Below are positions 24,500-37,059 of a stretch of 64,000 bases of DNA, piece after piece; positions within the stretch are counted from its first letter, which is position 1, and every line of letters begins with the position of its first letter. This DNA comes from Octopus sinensis. Taxonomy: Eukaryota. The notes under the pieces were generated by a model. That model was not told the origin of the DNA. It saw nothing but the letters and a program-made list of their open reading frames with translations, and ran no database searches. Made by a program: the position numbers and the translations under genes. Location: NCBI RefSeq assembly GCF_006345805.1, contig NC_043013.1:23746001-23810000 (forward strand). The letters run 5' to 3'.

Positions 24500-25690
24500 G
24501 TTACTCTACATTCCGGTACCATTGACTTCAAACAGTTAATCCTTCTTCATTCCACCTTTCACAGTCATCTTTAAGCTATTCACTCCTAACATTGTCTCAG
24601 AGCTTCGAGAACTCTCTATTAGCTCAACTCCGTGCCACTTAACAGCCTCTTGTTATAATATCAAGTTTGGAAGGATAGCAAAGTCAACCACGGCAGGACA
24701 TGACTAAATACCACCAAGTATTTTGTCTGATACTCGACTGATTCTGCCCCCCACCCCGCCTTTTAAAGTTTATTATTTCCTCTCACATGGATTCCCCCTG
24801 CCTCATGCGATCGTTGCTACCTCCCACTCCGAACTAAATCATTCTAATCCTCTCAGCCGCTTCTGGCTTTCCCCAGAATTTCCACTCCTCCCTTTCTTTC
24901 AAAAGGAGTAAAATATTTGTCTTTCTTGTTATGAATTCCCTCCTTTTAGATACATCCAACCGTTCGCTTGCATTGCCCTAAATTCGGTAGCTTACTTGAC
25001 CTCCCCATCGCTCATACTACTACTCTACGAGGCCCCTAGCTTACGGTCATCGTAATCAATTGTTTTGATTACTGCACATCTTACTAAGTCCGTGATGCAG
25101 TATACACAGGTGGAACCGGGTGCCATTTAGAAGACAGGTTTCGTTGCATTCGCTGGAGGTTCATAACAATGCTTGGGCAGATTTCAAACCCATAACTTGA
25201 GACTTCGATCAACACGGTTCTACCGTTGATCACTTCTCAGCCTGCGGCGATTCTCTAACATTAATTTTAGTGTGAGCTACAGACACAAAGTAAAGGTTTG
25301 TCTTCATCCTGAACATCGTTTCTCGACAGGTTTCTTGTACACATCTCAGCTTCCTTCAAATTTCACCTTTCACCTCTCAACGCTCGAAAATTACATTTTT
25401 TTTTTTTTTTTTTGCTTTATGGGGTAACAAACAAACTAGTGGAGACGAGAATACATTTACCAAAGGTTTATCATTTTAGGTACAATAGGGCTTAAGTCGT
25501 CAGACATTTTTGTACAATTCCCTCAGGTTCGTTCCACGCTCGCTGCTGACATTCTTCTGTTTCCATTTTTTTCTCCCGGAAGCCCCTTTCTTTCCTACTG
25601 ACCAACTTCCTAGCTAACCCGCATCGAAGTATCTGTCTACAGTTCGTCAGTCACGAATCCTTCCCTACATAGCTCCTACCTGTGCATCTA
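24500..25690 (+). mobile_element. Decayed Penelope-like element remnant
   Basis: YCTSY*VRDAVYTGGTGCHLEDRF at ~25070-25150 resembles the GIY-YIG YCIxC...YIGETGRxLxDRF; boundaries are approximate. Confidence 0.5.
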
Positions 25691-25712
25691 TATCTATATA
25701 TGTATATATATA

Positions 25713-26205
25713 CACTTGCGTCGGAAATTAATTAGCACTTCTCAAATTTCTACATTTTCTTACATTTTCTTAATTTAATTAACTTATTATCAGAAACGAA
25801 CTCGTTTTTAATCAAAAATTTATTAAAACATATCCCAGCACACCACATAATTGTTATTAATCGTGAAATTTAGTCAATATCTTGTTGCTCCTCCTTTGGC
25901 AGCAATGACAGCTGCTACGCGGGTCGGCATGCTGTCTATGAGTGCCTGCAGGTACTGTGCAGGGATGGCTCCCCCATGCAGCAAGAAGTGCCCCAAACAG
26001 CTCGTGTCGGTTCCTGTATTGTTGCACATTCAAATCCCTACCCAATCGACTCCAGAGGTTCTCAATAGGGTTCAGGTCAGGTGACTGGCCAGGCCAGTCC
26101 ATGACCGTCACCCCATGGTCCTTGAAGAAACCGGTTGTGAGCTTGGCTGTGTGCGAAGGCGCGTTGTCCTGCTGGAGCAGTACTCCTCGCCACCAAAGAG
26201 GTATC
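25713..26205 (-). mobile_element. Tc1-family transposon 3' fragment (DD34E)
   Basis: QQDNAPSHTAK...WPGQSPDLNPIENLW with 34 residues between D and E; TA-flanked TIR-like end at 25711-25740. Confidence 0.88.
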
Positions 26206-27739
26206 CCGTATATCTATATGTATGTAAACGCATTGCCTGACTGTGTGTAGTGAGTCCAGTAATGGGGACAAACATTATGTCTCTCTGTGACTAAATATAA
26301 TATGTGCTGTATATGCATTCCGTGCATTCACCCGATTTGTAATTCTTTGCTGCTTTATTTCTGCTCCATGTATCACCCTCTCCCCCCCCACCTCCAACAC
26401 ACTTCTCCCCATCCTCACTGACCTCTGCTTTGAACAGCAGAAGTCGTTGTTTCCTTTGCAATTGTCATTCTTACTATCTTTTAATCCTCATCCTAGTTAT
26501 TGACAACTTTTTGCATTCTGTCTACCATTCCCTTTCCCTCCTCCTCCTCCTCCTCCTCCCACACACACCTTGTTTGCGTGTGTGTCTGTGTGTCTTTGTC
26601 CTTCTTTTACCTTTACCATGCACATTCTTAAGACTATGTCCCATTTCACTTGACCTGGTCAACACCCCCCTCCTCCCATTTCAAATTACATCAGTCGTGA
26701 TGCAAACTTTGTCGCTTCTACTATCCCTCCCTCCCTCCCTCCCTCATTCTATAAGCACTCTAGTCATAGCACCTCATGCTGTCTTTTCCACCTCTTCCCT
26801 CCACCACCACCACCACCACCACCATACTCACACATTACTCTTTTATCGATCTCCATTATCCGTCTGCAATATCGCCACCAATACTATAATACTTTTATAT
26901 ATTCTCTCTCGGAAGAAGGGCAACATTTCGAAACGTTAGCTTCTTTCTCTTTTCATGACAAACTCAATTTACTGAGCTCTTCTAATTCAACCGACCTATT
27001 GACTTCTAATATTGATTAATGTCATACATTTTAAAGTAGGGCGCAGACAATTATATCAACCCTTGTATTTGATTGATATTTATTCTATCGACCCTGGAAG
27101 GATGGAAGACAAATATGCAACGAAATATCACAAGTTGTTCTATTCGTCGTTCGATCGATTCTGAATATCAAAAGCAAACACATCAGAAATCAATCAGAAA
27201 ATTAATGCCTTTGAATTTGAATTTTAAAATTAAGGCTAAAGGCTTAATGACAATTAAGAGGGAATAATTTTTCTAATAAGTGCCAGCGTGGCTGTTTAGT
27301 TAAGAAGTTCGTTTCCCCACGACATGGTTTCGGGTTTACTCCCATTACCCGGCACTTTCTGCGATATATTTAAGTAGGATACACGAATGGCTATGCAAAA
27401 CTTATATTTTAAACAAATTTTCAAAGAAAATTTCGTCGCCATTAGAATATGAACAGGACATTGTGTTATCAGTGAGCAGAATGCAAAGTGACGAATGATG
27501 CACCAAAGTACAAAAATAATTTCATTTTAGAAGTTTCTGCTTTCTTTAGCAATTTCCTTGAAAGTTTACCATAGGTAGTCCTTGTCCCTACAAAAGTTAA
27601 CATGAACAGACTAGATGAGATATTACAAGAAAATAGGCGCCATAAATCACTGCACATTGGCTTCTGTTTGGTTTAACCAATCTACTTATTATTTTTTCTT
27701 TCTTTTTGGCAAAATACGGAGGTGGGGGGGGGGTCATTT

Positions 27740-27795
27740 ATAAAATGGCATCCAGTGAAAGGGGGCCGCTGAGCTCTAGAAGGTTGAGAACACTG
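27740..27795. mobile_element. Solo hAT-type terminus
   Basis: aaaggttgagaacactg followed by an 8-mer with central TA (ccctagac); no partner end found. Confidence 0.35.
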
Positions 27796-29542
27796 CCCTA
27801 GACCGACGGAGCTTCACTTATACACACTTAAGCATAAAAAAAGACGACAGATTTTGTATTGTTGCTGTTATTTAAACTTAGGTCAGCCTTGATCCAACCG
27901 AACATTTACCAAAGTCGTTCCAGCCGAAACCATTTTGTCACATGTTCGGAAAGCTTTATCTAAAACTGCGTCATATTATATAGTATCCTTCCTCTCTTGT
28001 TAACAGCAGTTCATTATGATTTCAGAGATGTTACCCTGCTAGTTCCATCTCGCCCGTGTCGCACCGCTACTACTGATAAACTCAAAACACTAATGGCCGA
28101 AGAGGTATTAAAGGCATCAGACGTCATTCCCGATGCTAATGGATGCTGTAATTGAGAGTGGATGGTCAGATACGAGCTGGACAAGAAACTGATCAGAGGC
28201 TCCAACGCGGTCTCGTGAATTAATGGCATTGTAAATCCTTACGGTCTGAATCGAAAGAAAAAGATTTTGCATACAGAAGACATAATGACAACAATGAATC
28301 TATACAAAGAGAGAGGGGGGAGGGGGGCACACACATCAGTCAAAGCCCAATTCAACCAGCCATATTGCAAGTATGCGAGAGAAAAAGAGGGGAGAGTTTT
28401 TACTTACTGAGTCTATTGTAACCTCACCACTAAAACCGCAAAATATTTCCGTTTCATTTTAAAAACTGGTTTCGTCCACCCAATTCTTGGCGAACAAGAA
28501 GCCTTGACAGAAAATCCCATCATTTACGTGATTAGAATACCAACCAACATCTTTTCAAATTACAAAGTGTGTACGTACGTATGTATGTACGCACGTATAT
28601 GCATATATGTATGTGTGCATGTAAACCAAATGCATATGTATGTATGTGCATTTACGAGTATATTTGTACTTATATATATGTGTGTATGTGTGTCTATACA
28701 TGTGTATATATATATGTACACACATATGTATATATGTACATGTATATATATGTACATGCATACACGTGTGTGTACGCTCACAATACACTCACAAAGTTAA
28801 AATTTCAAAAGCTGTCAGCTTAAATTCTAGTCACGTAAACATTGCGACTCTTTGTCAAAGCTTCCTGTTCGTCAACAATTGGAAAAAAAATTGCCACTCG
28901 TCCATTGTTTTTTGCTTTTAATTTCAGCAATAGCAACAAAAGTATTTCCAGTTTCCCTGCAAACAAAGAATTATTGAATAAGGCGGCAGCTTATCAAAAC
29001 GATGTCATTCTACCCAGCAGATACAAGAATATAAAACTGTCAACGCCCCTAACCTTTCCAAACTAAGAAAAAAGGCTGAAATATTCTACAGGCTAAACAT
29101 CTTTTCACATTAAATGTTACGCCTAATACTGGTGATGCCTTCCTAGCTTTAATCGATATACACGCCCCCACTAGCTATAAATCTAGAAAATTATTTATCA
29201 GACATAATCTTAAATTAAGTTACAGTTGCACAACCAACAAAACAAGATATTATATTCCATACACTCCACAAAAGAAGAAAAGCCAATGACTCAGGGACTA
29301 ACACCAACGTTTATCCGCTAAATACGACCAGTAATGCTGAAGCAGTGATGTATGAAGCTGAGGTTAGCTCCACCAAACTAAATCCCGACATGACACATAA
29401 GTGCTAATTAGTAATGACCATGAGAAAGTCAGAATGAAGATAATCAAACAACATTTTTAGAAGTAACGGAAAAAGAAACATTAGTAAAATATACGACTAC
29501 ATCTATCGATTAAAAGGAAACACTTCCAGTTATAAGAATATC

Positions 29543-29931
29543 CTTTACTACTCTAGGCACAAGGCCCGACATTTTTGGGGAGGGGTTCAGTCCATTAGAT
29601 CGATCCCAGTACGCAACTGGTACTTAATTTATCGACTCCGAAAGGTAATGTGGACCTCGGCGGAATTTGAACTCAGAACATAAAGACAGATGAAATACCT
29701 ATTTCTTTACTACCCACAAGGGGCTAAACATAGAGAAGACAAACAAGGACAGACAAACGGATTAAGTCGATTACATCGACCCCAGTGCGTAACTGGTTCT
29801 TAATTTATCGACCCCGAAAGGATGAAAGGCAAAGTTGACCTTGGCGGAATTTGAACTCAGAACGTAAAGACAGACGAAATACCGCTGGGCATTTCGCCCG
29901 GTGTGCTAACGATTCTACCAGATCGCCGCCT
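29543..29931 (-). mobile_element. Nested/tandem family-A SINEs (two tail variants)
   Basis: Two successive cores (…ggcggaatttgaactcagaac…) with one shared head at the right. Confidence 0.85.
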
Positions 29932-30059
29932 TTCCAATAATATCAAATCGAAGATAATTAGAAAATCAACACCGTGTAAGAACGGATGTAAAAAGAAAAA
30001 CCCTTCCACAACTATGTCACGTTGCCTGAAAATAAAGCTCAACTGCCCACTGTATAAAG

Positions 30060-32531
30060 CAGAGGTGGGGAAACTTTTTAGTGCGGCGGGCAAAAATTTC
30101 CAAAGAAAAGGTCCGTGGGGGGATCAGAAGTCCTGACTCTTGTATCTTTGTAAATCATAGGCGTAGGAGTGGCTGTGTGGTAAGTAGCTTGTTTACCAAC
30201 CACATGGTTCCGGGTTCAATCCCACTGCGTGGCACCTTGGGCAAGTGTCTTCTACTATAGCCTCGGGCCGACCAAAGCCTTGTGAGTGGATTTGGTAGGC
30301 GGAAACTGAAAGAAGCCCGTCGTATATATGTATATATATATATATGCGTGTGTGTGTTTGTGTGTCTGTGTTTGTCCCCCTGGCATTGCTTGACAACCAA
30401 TGCTGGTGTGTTTATGTCCCCGTTACTTAGCGGTTCGGCAAAAGAGACCGATAGAATAAGTACTGGGCTTACAAAAGAATAAGTTCCGGGATCGAGTTGC
30501 TCGATTAAAGGCGGTGTTCCAGCATGGCCGCAGTCAAATGACTGAAACAAGTAAAAGAGTAAAAGAGTAAAAGAGTATGTCTGTGTATAATTCGATATAC
30601 ATTAATAAAGATAAGTTTAACACATTAAATTAACGCATAACATCTTCATTAACGCCGCCACTGAATGTAGGACGTTTATATTACTTATGAGGCATTCTAT
30701 ATTTTTCAAAATGTACCTATCCTAATGTTGGAGAAATCATAACAGTCAAGAACAGACCGAATTTAATTTTGAAACATTACATTAGTACCTAATTAGTATT
30801 ATGACATATTTGAACAAATTTATTCTGGTGATAATTTTATAAAAGCTAATCAACCTTAACTTTAAAATTTGGCTGTGTTTAGTGAGAAGGATGAAACTAC
30901 TTTTCTTTTTTTTTTTTTTTTTTGGAAAGTTTAGGAATATCACGTCTTTGAAGAAACTGCTATTCTTAGTTCATTTCTCGGGTTTTCGTTAGTAAGTCTG
31001 GTACGAAGACGATTTTTTGCATAATTCAATTTGGAAATAACTGCTCACACTAAGTTGTTGAAAATTGAGATACAAATTTTAAGGCATTTTTATGTAAAGT
31101 AGGGTATTTCTCAGGATTGATGGGTTTGTAGAAGTCCAATAAAGACAAATTACTGTATTTTGATTTTATTAAGTTCTCCGACTGCTAATCAATTCTAATT
31201 GCAAGGAATCCAGAGTTTCCTCAGGACACATATCAAAAGGTGTTTCAAAAAACACATGTGGTTCGATTTTATCTTGTATTTCTTCAAGTCTACTTTCAAA
31301 TTTCTTCAAAAGACTTTCACACTCATCAGAATATTCCATTGTTGATTCGGGATTTAAATCGCCCAGTTTGGGAAAATGTGTGAAGCACTTTCTTTTCAGC
31401 TGTGTGACAAATAAATGAAGTATCGATTCAAAGCTTTTGATATGAGAAAGCAAACTGGTTATTAGCCGATTGGAGTCTTGTAGTTTCAAGTTCAAATTAT
31501 TTAAATGTCTAGCTATATCTACTAAAATGCTAAATCACTTTGAAACTTTTTATCTTCCATTTCTATAATAGGAACACCTTTAATAACCATAAAAATTTTC
31601 ACTTCTTCCTTCAGTTCATAAAATCGCTTAAGCATTTGGGCCTTACTTAACCACTTAACTCACCATATTCGGCTTCAAGATCTTTCAAAAATTCTTTAAC
31701 TTCCCTATTATTCAACCCTTTGCTTTATATCAAATTATCGGCCTTACTTACAACTTTCATTACATTGCCCATCTCGAGAGATTTTGCACATAAACTTTCC
31801 ACATGAATAAAGTAGTGACACAATTAAAGTTTTCGAATCCAAAAGATGCTTCTTAAATTCATTCTTAATCAGAGCTAGGAATCCTTTTTCACGACCTGCG
31901 GCACCAACAGTAGTAAGATCACTCATTTTTTCATACGCTAAATCAAAATCGTTTAAGGCTGAGTCGACCATTTGGAATAAGTCTTCACCTCTAGTTGTTC
32001 CATGCATTGATTTTAAGGCAAGAAATTCTTCCCGAATGTTGAATTTTGCAATTATTCCACGTATAAATATTGCCATCCGAGCAGTATTAGACAGATCAGT
32101 TGTCTCATCAATGGCTAATGAATACAAAACGAATTCTGTTGATTCACATTTTAGAGAATTATGAATAATCTTTACACTGTATCTTCTATCATCCTTCGGC
32201 TTTCATTTCATATAAAAATTAATTCGATACATGTAATATATTTTTAGTTTTCTCAGCTAAAGTGTAGTTGGGTCTCAAGGAGGTGGTACAAACCAAGCAA
32301 CATGTGTTTCATAGAGAAATAAAATTTCCATTCAAATGGCAATTACTGGACGATTTCTGTTCGTGTTCGACCGTTTTAAGTCGTAGTGGAAACCTGACCT
32401 ATGTTGCAAAGAGGCACACGAGTACTGTATCAATTTTATAATTGAAAAATTTACTTTATTTTGTACATACTAATATATCAGCCTGTGAATGCAATAAAAT
32501 GATCTCGCAGGCGGGGGTTCCTCCACTCCTG
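30060..32531 (-). mobile_element. hAT (Buster/SPIN-like) DNA transposon, decayed transposase
   Basis: TIRs CAGAGGTGGGGAAAC / CAGGAGTGGAGGAAC; exact 8-bp TSD gtataaag (30052-59, 32532-39, central TA); YSLAIDETTDLSNTARMAIFIRG transposase motif (31744-32127). Confidence 0.92.
30159..30577 (+). mobile_element. tRNA-derived SINE (family C) nested in the hAT
   Basis: tRNA-like head (tggctgtgtggtaag...gggttcaatccc), (aaaagagt)3 tail; partial relative at 49658-49860. Confidence 0.88.
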
Positions 32532-32634
32532 GTATAAAGCAATCATCACTCTCCTGTAGAAAAACCGACATTTTAAATTCCATGCAATAACAGCAGGCAC
32601 ACACGCACATAAATATGCGTGTGTGTGTGTGTGT

Positions 32635-32669
<35 letters not shown>

Positions 32670-32842
32670 TAAAGATGGTGGGGGGATATAATGGTGAAGT
32701 ATATCACAACACATTAATGGCCATACGGTAAAAATATAAATGAACAGCTAAACCGTCCAAGAAGTCTGCTGGTGTTTGGTAATCTGACATTCCAAGAGTC
32801 TCCAAATTTGAAGAGAACATCAACGTCGTGTAAAACAATAAT

Positions 32843-33980
32843 AAAAGCAAACGTATGGCTTCTACGGTGTCACCACAGTCGTTCCTAAAAGCGAACGTAT
32901 GGCTTCTAAGGTGTCGCCACGGTCGTTCCTAAAAGCGAACGTATGGCTTCTAAGGTGTCGACACGGTCGTTCCTAAACGCGAACGTATGGCTTCTACGGT
33001 GTCGCCACGGTTGTTCCTAAAAGCGAACGTATGGCTTCTAAGGTGTCGACACGGTCGTTCCTAAACGCGAACGTATGGCTTCTACGGTGTCGCCACGGTT
33101 GTTCCTAAAAGCGAGCGTATGGCTTCTAAGGTGTCGACACGGTTGTTCCTAAAAGCGAACGTATGGCTTCTAAGGTGTCGCCACGGTCGTTCCTAAAACC
33201 GAACGTATGGCTTCTAAGGTGTCGCCACGGTCGTTCCTAAACGCGAACGTATGGCTTCTACGGTGTCGCCACGGTTGTTCCTAAAAGCGAACGTATGGCT
33301 TCTACGGTGTTGCCACGGTCGTTCCTAAAAGCGAGCGTATGGCTTCTAAGGTGTCGCCACGGTTGTTCCTAAAACCGAACGTATGGCTTCTACGGTGTCG
33401 CCACGGTTGTTCCTAAAAGCGAACGTATGGCTTCTAAGGTGTCGCCACGGTCGTTCCTAAAAGCGAACGTATGGCTTCTAAGATGTCGCCACGGTTGTTC
33501 CTAAAAGCGAACGTATGGCTTCTACGGTGTCGACACGGTCGTTCCTAAAAGCGAACGTATGGCTTCTAAGGTGTCGCCACGGTCGTTCCTAAAAGCGAAC
33601 GCATGGCTTCTAAGGTGTCGCCACGGTCGTTCCTAAAAGCGAACGCATGGCTTCTAAGGTATCGCCACGGTTGTTCCTAAAAGCGAACGTACGGCTTCTA
33701 CGGTGTCTCCACAGTCGTTCCTAAAAGCCAACGTATGGCTTCTACGGTGTCGCCACAGTCGTTCCTAAAAGCGAACGTATGGCTTCTAAGGTGTCGCCAC
33801 GGTCGTTCCTAAAAGCGAACGTATGGCTTCTAAGGTGTCGCCACGGTCGTTCCTAAAAGCGAACGTATGTCTTCTAAGGTGTCGCCACGGTCGTTCCTAA
33901 AAGCGAACGCATGGCTTCTAAGGTGTCGCCACGGTCGTTCCTAAAAGCCAACGTATGGCTTCTACGGTGTCGCCACAGTC
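32843..33980. repeat. 44-bp minisatellite, ~26 copies
   Basis: Consensus aaaagcgaacgtatggcttctaaggtgtcgccacggtcgttcct; units start at 32843, 32887, 32931 ... 33943. Confidence 0.97.
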
Positions 33981-34199
33981 CACATATTTTATTGTAACGT
34001 CATTCAGGCAAGTATATATAAACATCCGCCCAGCGGCACATCGTCGATATATGCTCTTTATGCAACACGGGTGAGTCTGGTTATTTGAAAGGCTTTATGC
34101 TGTGTTTTGTAGTATCTTATAGATGTTGTACTTCATATATACCTGCCAGTGCGATGCCACAATACAACAAAATCTCTTAATGAAACGGTTGTAGAGATA

Positions 34200-35612
<1,413 letters not shown>

Positions 35613-35810
35613 AGTAGTTGAATGAATTATCTTATTAAGGATAATTCGAAAGATAACCGATACCTGGGTAGCAAATTCACATCAGAAAGAACACGGTTGA
35701 AGCTACGTCCCTAGGGCGTAGACTACGTGTCTTCGTGCGGAAATTTGTATGTTTATTTTAAAATTATAAGTATATGAAAGAATGGAGTTGAACGACTAGT
35801 TAACAAATAT

Positions 35811-35905
35811 CCTTTATTCTCGACATATGTTTCGAAGGCTGCATATTCCTAATTCCGAAGGAATAAGGAGTACATTATGCAGATTTCTCATCAGGAAAAT
35901 CAAGG
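35811..35905 (-). ncRNA. Type I hammerhead ribozyme, mirror copy
   Basis: Exact reverse complement of 35983-36077. Confidence 0.85.
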
Positions 35906-35982
35906 AACTTATGTCGACATCAAAATGCACAAAAGAGCGGTCAGCTAAAAGTTTTTTGTGCATTTTGATGTCGACATAAGTT

Positions 35983-36077
35983 CCTTGATTTTCCTGATGA
36001 GAAATCTGCATAATGTACTCCTTATTCCTTCGGAATTAGGAATATGCAGCCTTCGAAACATATGTCGAGAATAAAGG
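35983..36077 (+). ncRNA. Type I hammerhead ribozyme (Penelope-like pLTR type)
   Basis: Stem I CCTT-g-ATTTTC/GAGAAT-a-AAGG; core CUGAUGA (35994-36000); stem II GAA/UUC plus CUGCAUA/UAUGCAG; GAAA (36055-58); palindromic stem III ACAUAUGU; GUC cleavage triplet ending at 36066. Confidence 0.85.
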
Positions 36078-36117
36078 ATATTTGTTAACTAGTCGTTCAA
36101 CTCCATTCTTTCATATA

Positions 36118-36183
<66 letters not shown>

Positions 36184-36252
36184 ATACACAATTTCTACTA
36201 AGTTCAGTATGTGGCAAAGTAATTTATTTTACTAAGCCCTAATTATATAATA

Positions 36253-36333
<81 letters not shown>

Positions 36334-37059
36334 GTATGTATGAATAAATTTTTTCAGGATTGTCATTTTTTTCTTTTTTTGCCAAATAAACAATATATTT
36401 TTTCTTATTTTCTTATTTTAATTCATGTTTATTGTCCGGAAATCTTTCGTTATACATCTGTGACCTCTTCAACGACACTTTTCGTTGGGAGAATTTGTTG
36501 GGGAAGGGGTGTTGAAAATGCACCTAAATCTCAAAAACGCGAAATCGTTTTTAAATTTTGTAATAAATTTATTCAAATACCAAACCGGTTTCGACTATTT
36601 CTTGCATGTCGGTAGTACAAGTAAATAAATAAAAGCTTTAGTTTATAATAATACGCAAAAAATTGTCGAAACCGGTTTGTAATTGAATAAATCTTTCACA
36701 AAATATATGTAGCGTACCCTTAGTGAAATTCATCCTCTCTCTCTCTCTCTCTGACATATATAACATAAATACGGACGTAGCAGATAACAGCTGACCTTCG
36801 GTCACTTGGGCCCTGATGTGTCCACTACTCTTCCCTCACCTTCCACTACCATGTGAGCTGTGACCATTCCTATTTCTCCTTTCAACTTCCTTTTTTCGCT
36901 TGACCGCTGACTCTTCTCCTGGGCTTTTGCTTTCTCCTTCACCTTCAACATCGACTTCGTTTCCCACCACACACACATACACACAGTATTCGCTCTATCT
37001 TTCAATCTCCTCACTTTCCTTTGCCAGTCCTATGTGACATCATTCTCCATTGCTTTACT

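Larger units (their letters stand above)
35765..36123. repeat. Perfect 170-bp inverted repeat (arms 35765-35934, 35954-36123; 19-nt spacer)
   Basis: Base-by-base reverse complementarity checked by eye. Confidence 0.97.

Noticed and set aside
32843-33980. CRISPR array
   Set aside because: Units are contiguous near-identical repeats with no unique spacers; eukaryotic context; no cas genes.
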